Source: Thermoanaerobaculia bacterium (GTDB taxonomy: Bacteria > Acidobacteriota > Thermoanaerobaculia > Thermoanaerobaculales > Sulfomarinibacteraceae). Taken from it: a stretch of DNA of 64,000 nt. The notes under the pieces were generated by a model. It made no database searches, was not told where the DNA came from, and saw only the letters and a program-made list of their open reading frames with translations. The DNA is taken from contig JAMOWA010000008.1 of NCBI GenBank assembly GCA_027061805.1, positions 86-64,085 on the forward strand, written 5' to 3'. Below, piece by piece: positions 44,441 to 52,312 of the stretch. The position numbers were made by a program, and so were the translations under genes. How positions within the stretch are numbered: position 1 is the stretch's first letter; each line of letters begins with the position of its first letter.

Positions 44441-44689
44441 ATGAGTCAACCCACCGTGGAAGAGGTCGCCGACGCCATGTATGACCTGGTGAAGGCCACC
44501 CATGGCAAGAAGAACCTCAAGGCCATGGACCTCACCAAGGCCATGATCGAGAAGTTCGGCGACGACGCCGTGGACAAGAAACTGTGCAAGCTCGCGATCC
44601 GCCAGCTCATCGACTCGGGCCGGTGCATCTACAGCTACTTCGGTGGGTCGTTCATCACCCTGCCACCGGACGAGGATTCCGGGGGCTGA
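44441..44689 (+). CDS. dsrD: DsrD (small winged-helix protein of reductive-type dsr operons)
   Basis: 82 aa directly after dsrB. Lys-rich N-terminal part and a C-terminal ..LIDSGRCIYSYFGGSFITL segment comparable to the DsrD ..LEYWSSGSTTMYGL region. Call rests on size, position and pattern. Confidence 0.7.
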   Translation: MSQPTVEEVADAMYDLVKATHGKKNLKAMDLTKAMIEKFGDDAVDKKLCKLAIRQLIDSGRCIYSYFGGSFITLPPDEDSGG

Positions 44690-44698
44690 TGTCGAACC

Positions 44699-44733
44699 GT
44701 ACGGGGGCCGGGGTGCCCGGCCCCCGTACTTTT
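44699..44733 (+). terminator. Very strong hairpin + T-tract after dsrD (terminator/attenuator or mRNA-stabilising element)
   Basis: 14-bp perfect GC-rich stem gtacgggggccggg/cccggcccccgtac, 3-nt loop, then TTTTCC. Only 18 nt before the next ATG. Confidence 0.7.
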
Positions 44734-44751
44734 CCTACCAGGAGGCACAGC

Positions 44752-45195
44752 ATGGCCAAGGACAAGATGAGCGGTCCGGAACGCGTGGAACATACGATCC
44801 AGGTGCTTCGCGACTGGCAGAAGCTGGAGCGGGAAGCCATCGAGAACACCGCCGAGATCATGGAGAAGACCGGCAACCCGCTGATCCGGCAGTTCATGGA
44901 GATCATCCGCAACGACTCGGTGCAGCACCACCGGGTGCAGCAGTTCATCATCGACAGTCTCACCACCACGCCGGTGAAGCTGACGCCCGACGATCTCGCC
45001 GAGGTCTGGGACGCCATCGCGGCCCATGACGAGGTGGAGCGCAGGACCATCGAGATCGCCAAGGAGCTCAAGGAGGAGTGCCGCTTCTTCGTGCAGAAGG
45101 CCCTCCTGGAGTACCTGATCATCGACGAGGAGAAGCACGACCACCTCCTCGGCATGCTCGAGGAGTTCAAGAAGAAACTGTATCCCTACGGCTGA
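44752..45195 (+). CDS. Ferritin-like/rubrerythrin-like four-helix protein of unknown function
   Basis: 147 aa, all-helical. AGGAGG RBS. Paired acidic/His segments (EAIENTAE, VQHH, DEVE, EEKHDH). Family assignment is tentative. Confidence 0.5.
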   Translation: MAKDKMSGPERVEHTIQVLRDWQKLEREAIENTAEIMEKTGNPLIRQFMEIIRNDSVQHHRVQQFIIDSLTTTPVKLTPDDLAEVWDAIAAHDEVERRTIEIAKELKEECRFFVQKALLEYLIIDEEKHDHLLGMLEEFKKKLYPYG

Positions 45196-45232
45196 CCGTT
45201 CCGGCAGGGAGTGGGACGGGGGAGGCGTTCAG

Positions 45233-46975
45233 ATGGGTCTGTTGAAGAAGAAGGACACGAAGAAATCCAAGAGCCGCATGGCCCGGCTGGCGGGCGGCGG
45301 GGGTGGTTCGGGATCCGAGATCTCGCCGCTGAGGCCACAGTACGTGGAGAAGCTGCCCCCCTGCGTGGGGCACTGCCCCTCGGGGAACGACATCCGTGGC
45401 TGGCTGACCATCGTCGCCCAGCGTGACAAGCTCGGGCTCTCCATGGAGGAGGCCTGGGACCGCGCCTGGAGGATCGAGGTGGAGACCAACCCGTTCCCCG
45501 CCGTGATGGGGCGGGTGTGTCCCCATCCCTGCGAGGGCGAGTGCAACCGCAAGGTCAAGGACGGCGCGGTGGCCATCAACTCGGTGGAGCGCCTTGTGGG
45601 GGACTGGGGCCTCGAGCGGGGCCTCGCGCTTCCCACGCTGGACGTGGGAGGGCCCTTCGCCGAGAAGATCGCCGTGATCGGCGCCGGCCCCTCGGGGCTC
45701 TCGGTGGCGTACCAGCTGGCCCGCCGCGGCTACGGCGTGACCGTCTTCGAGGCCCTGCCCCATCCCGGCGGCATGCTCCGGTACGGGATCCCGGTCTACC
45801 GGCTGCCCCGGGAGGTCCTGGACGCCGAGATCCAGAAGATCCTCGACCTCGGCGTGGAGCTCCGCTGCGGTGTCAGGGTGGGTGAGGACATTCCCCTGGA
45901 CGAGCTGCGCAAGGAGTTCTCGGCCATCTACCTGGGCATCGGCGCCCACCAGGGCCGGAAGATGGGCATCCCGGGCGAGGACGGCGAGGGCGTCTACACC
46001 GGGACCGAGTTCCTCAGGCGGGCCAACGCCGGGGAACCTGTGACCGCGGGTGAGCGGGTGGTCATCATCGGTGGCGGCGACACGGCCGTGGATGCCGCCC
46101 GCGTCTCCAAGCGCCTCACCGCCGACTCGGCGGCCGTCTCGAAGCGGGCGGGCGCCCAGGTGACGATCCTGTACCGCCGGACCCGGGCCGAGATGCCGGC
46201 CATCGAACGCGAGATCGAGGAAGCCCTGGAGGAGGGAATTGAGATCGAGTTCCTTGCGGCACCCATCAAGATCGAGCGGGACGCCGACGGGAAGGTGACG
46301 AAGATGATCGTCCAGCGGATGGAGCTCGGGGAACCCGACGAGTCGGGCCGCCGGCGCCCGGTTCCCGTGGAGGGCGACACCTTCGAGCTGGAATGCGACA
46401 CGGTGATCATGGCCGTCAGCCAGCAGCCCGAGCTGGCACCGCTGGCCAGGGCCCTCGGCGTGGAGGGTTCCTGGCTGGACTCCGACGAGTGGGGCCGCAC
46501 CGGCATCGACGGCATCTGGGCCGGTGGCGATGCCCTGGGCCTGGGCCTGGCCACCATCTCCATCGGCCAGGGCCGCAAGGCGGCCGAGTCCATCCACGCC
46601 ACGCTCCGCGGGGAGGAGCTGCCCGAGGGCGACACGCGGCCGCCCATCGGGCCCGACGGCCTCAAGATCGACTGGTACCCGCCCCTCGAGCGGAACGAGA
46701 GGACCGTGCTCTCCCCCGAGGAGAGGCTGGCCCGGCCGCTCGACGAGATCGATCTGGGGATCACCAGGGAGCAGGGCCTGGACGAGGTGATGCGCTGCTT
46801 CTCCTGCGGCCTGTGCTTCAACTGCGAGAACTGCTGGATGTACTGCCAGAACTCGTGCTTCAAGAAGGTGCCCGATCCCAGCCCCGGCAACTACTACACC
46901 ATCAGCCTCGGCACCTGTGACGGGTGCAAGAAGTGCTGGGAGGAGTGCCCCTGCGGGTACCTCGAGGGGCACTAG
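45233..46975 (+). CDS. dsrL: DsrL (GltD-like NAD(P)H:acceptor oxidoreductase with C-terminal ferredoxin domain)
   Basis: CVGHCP..VCPHPCEGEC. Two Rossmann motifs, VIGAGPSG and VVIIGGGDTAVDAA. C-terminal CFSCGLCFNCENC and CDGCKKCWEECP. Confidence 0.85.
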   Translation: MGLLKKKDTKKSKSRMARLAGGGGGSGSEISPLRPQYVEKLPPCVGHCPSGNDIRGWLTIVAQRDKLGLSMEEAWDRAWRIEVETNPFPAVMGRVCPHPCEGECNRKVKDGAVAINSVERLVGDWGLERGLALPTLDVGGPFAEKIAVIGAGPSGLSVAYQLARRGYGVTVFEALPHPGGMLRYGIPVYRLPREVLDAEIQKILDLGVELRCGVRVGEDIPLDELRKEFSAIYLGIGAHQGRKMGIPGEDGEGVYTGTEFLRRANAGEPVTAGERVVIIGGGDTAVDAARVSKRLTADSAAVSKRAGAQVTILYRRTRAEMPAIEREIEEALEEGIEIEFLAAPIKIERDADGKVTKMIVQRMELGEPDESGRRRPVPVEGDTFELECDTVIMAVSQQPELAPLARALGVEGSWLDSDEWGRTGIDGIWAGGDALGLGLATISIGQGRKAAESIHATLRGEELPEGDTRPPIGPDGLKIDWYPPLERNERTVLSPEERLARPLDEIDLGITREQGLDEVMRCFSCGLCFNCENCWMYCQNSCFKKVPDPSPGNYYTISLGTCDGCKKCWEECPCGYLEGH

Positions 46976-46996
46976 GGCAGGGTCCGGGGGAAGGCG

Positions 46997-48400
46997 ATGC
47001 AACTCGAGACACCCCGCGTGGTGGTGGCCGGTCTGGCCGGGGACAGCGGCAAGACGCTGGTGACCCTCGGCCTGGCCCGGGCCCTCACCGTGAGGGGTGT
47101 CCGTGTTGCACCGTTCAAGAAGGGGCCCGACTTCATCGACACGGGCTGGCTTTCCGCCGCTGCGGGAACCGTGGCCCGGAACCTGGACACCTTCCTGATG
47201 CCGCCGGAGGGGATCGGCGAGGCCGTGGCCCGGTCGCTGCCCGCCGACCTGGTCCTCGTGGAGGGCAACCGCGGGCTCTACGACGGCATGGATGCTGCGG
47301 GCAGCTGCTCCACGGCCGAGCTGGCGGTGCTCCTGGGGGCGCCGGTGCTCCTGGTGGTCGATGTCACCAAGAGCACACGGACCGTGGCGGCCCTGGTGAA
47401 GGGGTGCCAGGTGCTGGATCCCCGGGTGGACCTGGCCGGCGTGATCCTCAACCGGGTGGGGACCGCCCGCCAGGAGCGTGTGATCCGCGACGCCATCGCC
47501 GCCGCGGGCGGTCCGCCGGTGGTGGGCGCCATCCCCCGGATGCGGGGAGAGGATCCCCTGCCGGGACGGCACCTGGGTCTCGTCACGGCCGTGGAGCGAC
47601 CGGACAGCGAGGCGGCCGTGGAACGGGCCGCTGCCGTGGTGGCGGAGCACGTGGACCTGGAGGCCGTGCTGGCCGTCGCCCGCACCGCGGGGCGGGTGGA
47701 GCTTCCGGAGATGTCCATGACCACCGGACGGAGGGCCACCCGCGTGGCGGTCTTCAGGGACGAGACCTTCAGCTTCTTCTACCCCGAGAACCTGGAGGCC
47801 CTGGAGGCGGGGGGGGCGGAGCTGCTCTGGGTCTCGCCCCGGCAGGACCGGCCGCTGCCCCCGGACGTGGATGCCGTCTACATCGGTGGAGGCTTCCCCG
47901 AGCTGGCGGTGCGGGAGCTGTCCGCGACCTCCGAGCTCAGGGACTCCCTGGCCGGGGCGTGTTCACGGGGGCTGCCGGTCTTCGCCGAGTGCGGCGGCCT
48001 GATGCTCCTCGCCCGCGAGCTGGTGGTGGACGGGACCGCCTGGCCCATGCTCGGGGTCCTGGACCTGGTGGTGGAGCACACGGACAGGCCCCGGGGACAC
48101 GGGTACGTCCTGGGGACGGTGGACCGCCCCAACCCCTTCTTCCCCGTCGGACAGGAGATCAGGGGCCACGAGTTCCACTACTCTCGGGTGGTGGGCGGGA
48201 GTGACCGGAACACCACGGTGATGACGCTCCAGCGCGGGACCGGTGTGGAGGCGGGACGTGACGGTGTGGTGCGGGGCAACATCTGGGCCTCCTACACCCA
48301 CCTCCACGCCCTGGGAACGGTCATCTGGGCCGGAGGCTTCCTCGAGGCCGCGGTGTCGTGGCACAACGACGGGCCGGGGACGGCCGTGGCATGGGCCTGA
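46997..48400 (+). CDS. dsrN: DsrN (cobyrinate a,c-diamide synthase family; siroheme amidase in dsr context)
   Basis: 467 aa. CbiA-type N-terminus VVVAGLAGDSGKT and a C-terminal glutamine amidotransferase domain (ECGGLM). Confidence 0.85.
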   Translation: MQLETPRVVVAGLAGDSGKTLVTLGLARALTVRGVRVAPFKKGPDFIDTGWLSAAAGTVARNLDTFLMPPEGIGEAVARSLPADLVLVEGNRGLYDGMDAAGSCSTAELAVLLGAPVLLVVDVTKSTRTVAALVKGCQVLDPRVDLAGVILNRVGTARQERVIRDAIAAAGGPPVVGAIPRMRGEDPLPGRHLGLVTAVERPDSEAAVERAAAVVAEHVDLEAVLAVARTAGRVELPEMSMTTGRRATRVAVFRDETFSFFYPENLEALEAGGAELLWVSPRQDRPLPPDVDAVYIGGGFPELAVRELSATSELRDSLAGACSRGLPVFAECGGLMLLARELVVDGTAWPMLGVLDLVVEHTDRPRGHGYVLGTVDRPNPFFPVGQEIRGHEFHYSRVVGGSDRNTTVMTLQRGTGVEAGRDGVVRGNIWASYTHLHALGTVIWAGGFLEAAVSWHNDGPGTAVAWA

Positions 48401-48909
48401 AGGAGCAGGTCATGGAGCTTCTCGCGGCAGGGCGCCAGGACGAGCTCGCCGGGCTTGCCGCCGGGAACCGGAGGGTGGTCCGTCACCTGGTGGGACGCCT
48501 GTGGGATCCGGACCCCGTGGTCCGGCGGGCGGCGGCCCGGGCCCTTGGCGAGGCGGCGGCCCTCCATCCGGACCTGGGCCGCGACGTGGTGCGGCGCCTG
48601 CTGTGGGCGCTCAACGACGAGTCCGGGGCGGACGGCAGGGATGGCCTGCTGGGCCTGGGCTGGATCGGCCGCGCCGCACCGGGGCTGCTGGCCCCGCACG
48701 TGGGTGCCCTGGTGGAGATGGCCTGGGACGACGGGCTCAGGGTCCGCCTCCTGGAGGCCCTGTGCGTGGCGGCGGAGGGTGCACCGGAGCTGCTCGAGCC
48801 GCACGTGGATCGGCTCGGGGAATGGATCGACGAATCCAATGACGACGAGGTCCGCCTGTGGCAGCGGCTCAGGGCCCTCGTCGAAGGGGGGGGCACACAT
48901 GCCAGCTGA
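48391..48909 (+). CDS. HEAT-repeat protein
   Basis: ATG 48391 overlaps the dsrN stop. DPDPVVRRAAARALGEAA-type repeats. Confidence 0.6.
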   Translation: MGLKEQVMELLAAGRQDELAGLAAGNRRVVRHLVGRLWDPDPVVRRAAARALGEAAALHPDLGRDVVRRLLWALNDESGADGRDGLLGLGWIGRAAPGLLAPHVGALVEMAWDDGLRVRLLEALCVAAEGAPELLEPHVDRLGEWIDESNDDEVRLWQRLRALVEGGGTHAS

Positions 48910-49489
48910 GAGCCTGAAGGAACGGATCGAACGGTGCCGGGCCCGGGTGGAGGAGAAACCGGACTCCGCCGTGGCCCACTACAACCTGGGTCTTGCCTAC
49001 ACCCAGCGGGGCTACGTGGACCGGGCGGAGGCCGAGTACCTCAGGGCCGTGGAGCTGGACCCGTCGCTGGGGGAGGCCTGGATCAACCTCGGGGGCGCCC
49101 GGCTGCTCAAGTGGGACTTCGAGGGGGCGCTGGAGGCCGTGAAGCGGGGCGTGGAGCTCCGGGACGACCACCCCGTGGCCCACTACAACCTCGGGCAGGC
49201 GTGCCTCTACCTGGGCGATGCCGAGGGCCTCGTGGCGGCCAACCGGCGGGTCATCGAGCTGGAGCCGGAGAACGGCGCCGCCCACTACTTCCTGGCAGTG
49301 GGGCTCCTGGCCCTGGAACGCCGGCAGGAGGCCGAGGCCGCGCTGTCCCGGGCCATGGCCCTGGGGCACCGGCCGTCACCCGAGTTTCTGAAGAAGCTCA
49401 ACCGGCCTCCCGCGCAGGGGCCGGCAACCCTGACTCTGAACGAACAATCGGGAGCCGCCGAGGCCCCAGGAACAGAAAAGGAGGTTTGA
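48899..49489 (+). CDS. TPR-repeat protein
   Basis: ATG 48899. Repeated AHYNLGLAY / AWINLGGA / AHYNLGQA / AHYFLAVG TPR signatures. Confidence 0.75.
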   Translation: MPAESLKERIERCRARVEEKPDSAVAHYNLGLAYTQRGYVDRAEAEYLRAVELDPSLGEAWINLGGARLLKWDFEGALEAVKRGVELRDDHPVAHYNLGQACLYLGDAEGLVAANRRVIELEPENGAAHYFLAVGLLALERRQEAEAALSRAMALGHRPSPEFLKKLNRPPAQGPATLTLNEQSGAAEAPGTEKEV

Positions 49490-49490
49490 G

Positions 49491-49808
49491 ATGCCCACAT
49501 TCACGTACGGAGATCTCTCGATCGAGGTGGACGAGGACGGCTTCATGCAGGAGCCGGAGCAGTGGAACGAGGAGGTGGCCAAGGCACTGGCGACGACGGA
49601 AGGTGTCGATGAGCTCACCGACGAGCACTGGAAGGTCGTCAACTACCTTCGGGAATACTACCTCCAGTTTGGCGTGGCTCCCATGATCCGCAAGCTCTGC
49701 AAGGAGACCGGCTTCAACCTGAAGAAGATCTACGAGCTCTTCCCCTCCGGTCCGGCCAAGGGCGCCTGCAAGGTGGCGGGGCTGCCCAAGCCCACCGGCT
49801 GCGTCTGA
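49491..49808 (+). CDS. dsrC: DsrC (TusE/DsrC/DsvC family) with both conserved C-terminal cysteines
   Basis: 105 aa. Ends CKVAGLPKPTGCV (Cys-x10-Cys-Val). Strong RBS AAAGGAGG. Confidence 0.95.
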   Translation: MPTFTYGDLSIEVDEDGFMQEPEQWNEEVAKALATTEGVDELTDEHWKVVNYLREYYLQFGVAPMIRKLCKETGFNLKKIYELFPSGPAKGACKVAGLPKPTGCV

Positions 49809-49833
49809 CGGCCACGCATTCGCCGAACGGGAG

Positions 49834-49860
49834 CCGCGGCCTCCGGGCCGCGGTTTTCTT
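49834..49860 (+). terminator. Rho-independent terminator after dsrC
   Basis: Stem ccgcggcc/ggccgcgg, loop tccg, followed by TTTTCTT. Confidence 0.75.
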
Positions 49861-49939
49861 GGTGAAGAGGTGAGGCTGTGAAGGACGAGACGGCCTCAAC
49901 CTCGCTGCTGCTTCGTGTCCGATCGGAGGTGTGGGAGCC

Positions 49940-50135
49940 ACTCCGGCGGCGGCCGTACAGGAGGTCGTCCATCCAGAGGGCGGCGTGCGGCAAGAGGGCC
50001 GAGTTGCGGATCCCCGCCCGCACCAGGTTGTGGAGCAGCGAGTCCGGGTGGGAGTAGGGGCAGGCGCGGACGCACTGGCCGCAGTTGGTACCCGGCGAGC
50101 TCCCTTCCGGTGGAACGGTCCACCGCCTCCACGGT
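49940..50135 (-). pseudogene. C-terminal remnant of a reductive-dehalogenase-family (RdhA-like) Fe-S protein
   Basis: The minus frame reads WTVPPEGSSPGTNCGQCVRACPYSHPDSLLHNLVRAGIRNSALLPHAALWMDDLLYGRR. This is a CxxCxxxCP second-cluster motif plus a MDD..YG tail. No upstream first-cluster or catalytic domain. Bounded by the dsrC terminator and the next plus-strand gene. Confidence 0.45.
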
Positions 50136-50264
50136 AGCGGTATCGAGCCATGGTCGGCAAGGGAACACGAGCGCTGAGTGGCCCTTCGGGGGATCGCCCT
50201 GTGATGGCGGTACACTCGTGGTGGGGTGGACGACGGAGGGTATCTGATCTCTGGAGGAGCTCTC

Positions 50265-50786
50265 ATGAACAGGATCGTGACCGTGGCGGCAGCTGGGGCG
50301 GTGGTGGCGATCCTTCTGGCGTGTGGCGGCGGAGCGGGAAGAGGCCCGGAAGGCGAGGTGGTAGAGGTGCTGCCTGCGGAGGGTTTCGCTCCGGGCTGGA
50401 GTTGCAGCGGGCAACCCGAGGTGGTCGGTCCGGAGGAGCTCTACCAGCGGATCGACGGCGGGGCCGAGGTCTTCCTCCAGGAGGGTTTCAGGAGGCTCGT
50501 CGTGGCCACCTACACCGGCGGTTCCAGCGAGCTGGAGGCCTCGCTCTACATCATGGACGACGCGGAGGCGGCCCGGAGGGTATGGGAACGCCAGCGGCGG
50601 GGCGACGGGATCGTGGAGGGACTTCCCGGGCCGGCCAGCGTGGACCGCTGGCAGCTCGCGGTCCTCCTGGACTGTGCCATCCTGGTGGTGGACAGCCTCT
50701 CGGCCAGCGAGGACGCCGTTGGCGCCATGAAATCCCTGGCCCGGACCGTCGCCGAGGGCGTCTCCGGCCCTTGCGGGGGTGCATGA
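50265..50786 (+). CDS. Lipoprotein of unknown function
   Basis: ATG 50265 after GGAGGAG. Lipobox AILLACGGG. 173 aa. Confidence 0.6.
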   Translation: MNRIVTVAAAGAVVAILLACGGGAGRGPEGEVVEVLPAEGFAPGWSCSGQPEVVGPEELYQRIDGGAEVFLQEGFRRLVVATYTGGSSELEASLYIMDDAEAARRVWERQRRGDGIVEGLPGPASVDRWQLAVLLDCAILVVDSLSASEDAVGAMKSLARTVAEGVSGPCGGA

Positions 50787-50792
50787 GGGGGA

Positions 50793-51500
50793 TCAGAGCC
50801 CCAGGAAGATCATGGCCAGGCCGGAGGCGGCGATGACGGCGCCGGCCATGGCGTGGGCCCAGCGTTCGAGGCCGCCGAGGGGGAGGCGCCTGAGCCCCTC
50901 CGTTCCCAGCAGAACCAGGGCAACCATGATGGCGATGGTGACCACCCCGAACAGCCCGCCCGTGAGGGCGGCGAGGCCCCATCGTCCCCGGGCTGCCGGG
51001 AGCATGAACAGCGGGATCAGGGGCTCGCAGGGGCCGAGCACGAAGACGATGAACAGGGTCCAGAAGGTGGTGTCCGCGGTCACGCGGTGGTCGTGCCCGT
51101 GGGCGTGGCTGCCATGGGCGTGCACGTGGACAGCTCCGTCATGGGCATGGAGCGCGAGGTCCCGCTGCTGGCGAAGGGCCCGCCGTGTGCCCCACACCAG
51201 GTAGGCCAGGCCGAAGCCCACGAGGAGCCAGGCCGCGATCCCACCGCGGACGCCCTCGAAGGCCTCCACCCTCGCCAGGGCCACGCCGGCCGCCACACCC
51301 ACCAGCCCCAGGAGGATGGAGCTGGCCACGTGCCCCACGCCGCAGGCGGCGGTGATGGCAGCGGTCCGTGTCCGGCTCCATCCGCGGACCCGGGCCAGCA
51401 TGATGAAAGGCAGGTAGTGGTCGGGGCCCATGGCGGTGTGGGCCACCGCGATTCCCACCGTGGCGATGAGCACGTCCAGGGAAAAGGTGTCGAGGCTCAT
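50793..51500 (-). CDS. NicO/RcnA-like nickel/cobalt transporter-family membrane protein with a His-rich loop
   Basis: Start MSLDTFSL (ATG 51500). AHTAMGPDH motif. Loop HAHDGAVHVHAHGSHAHGHDH. 6 TM. The upstream part of the track ORF is repeat DNA. Confidence 0.55.
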   Translation of the reverse strand: MSLDTFSLDVLIATVGIAVAHTAMGPDHYLPFIMLARVRGWSRTRTAAITAACGVGHVASSILLGLVGVAAGVALARVEAFEGVRGGIAAWLLVGFGLAYLVWGTRRALRQQRDLALHAHDGAVHVHAHGSHAHGHDHRVTADTTFWTLFIVFVLGPCEPLIPLFMLPAARGRWGLAALTGGLFGVVTIAIMVALVLLGTEGLRRLPLGGLERWAHAMAGAVIAASGLAMIFLGL

Positions 51501-51518
51501 GGCATGCTCATGGTAGCA

Positions 51519-52272
51519 GGGGAGGGACGGGAGGTGAGGCGGTGAGGGTGTGAGGGCGTGAGGGCGGGAAGTGGAGGGGACATGGGCGGGAGCGCAGGGG
51601 CGAGGGGGAGCAGGGGAGCAGGGGAGCAGGGGAGCAGGGGGGTCGATCGCCGTCGGGGTCACGGACACGGACACGGATACGGACACGGCCACGGTCACGG
51701 CCACGGTCACGGCCACGGACACGGCCACGGTCACGGCCACGGACCCGAACCCGGACACGGGCACGGACGGGGGCGCAGGGGAGCCGATCCCGGACACGGG
51801 CACGGACCCCGACACGAACACAGGCACGGACATCGTCACCGACAGGGACACCGATACGGACACGGTCACGGACACGGACGCGGACACGGACGCGGACACG
51901 GACGCGGACACGGTCACGGGCACGGACGGGGGCGCAGGGGAGTCGATCACGGACACGGTCGCCGACCCGGATCCCGACGCGGGCGCCGTTCCCGATCACC
52001 GCCCACGGCCGCCGCTCCCGTCCGCCGTCCACCGCCCCGGCTGTCCTTGACCCTGTCCCTGATCCCGGCCCCGACCCTGACGCCGACACCGACACGGACA
52101 CCGCCACGGGCACGGCCACGGGCACGGACACGGGCACGGCCACGGGCACGGTCACGGTCACGGACACGGGCAGGGTCACCGTCACGGACACGGGTCCTTC
52201 TCCGGGTGGGCGGGGGACGCCTTCACGTCTTCACGCCCTCACGCCCTCACGCCCTCACGTCCTGACCTCCCC
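51519..52272. repeat. Composite repeat locus D with inverted terminal 8-bp arrays
   Basis: Left GTGAGGNN array (51531-51568). G-run block (51597-51642). Three hexamer arrays separated by gggggcgcaggggagNcgatc junctions. Junction motif ccgggtgggcgggggacgccttcac (52202-52226). Right array CTTCACGT/CCTCACGC (52221-52265), the reverse complement of the left array. Confidence 0.85.
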
Positions 52273-52312
52273 ACCGGGCGGTGCTGTACCCTGACGGGCG
52301 CGGGAGGTGTCC

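Noticed and set aside
18915-47650. Long antisense or alternate-frame ORFs inside the island (18915-20972 minus, 20918-23524 minus, 24044-26431 minus, 42089-44503 minus, 45167-47650 minus) and 59472-62063 plus
   Set aside because: All lie opposite well-supported genes. They have Arg/Pro/Gly/His-dominated composition and no recognisable motifs or RBS, which is typical of open antisense frames in high-GC DNA.
18624-49860. The island as a prophage, ICE or transposon
   Set aside because: No integrase, transposase, relaxase, phage structural genes, flanking tRNA or long direct repeats were found. Only broken flanking genes suggest insertion.
51501-51956. Repeat arrays as coding sequence for (TD)n/(VS)n/(RT)n proteins, including the N-terminal extension of the Ni/Co-transporter-like ORF and ORFs such as 539-1060 and 51508-52191
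   Set aside because: The arrays are open in all six frames and lack start/RBS context. The same DNA occurs in both orientations in intergenic spacers. The transporter has a proper ATG at 51500.
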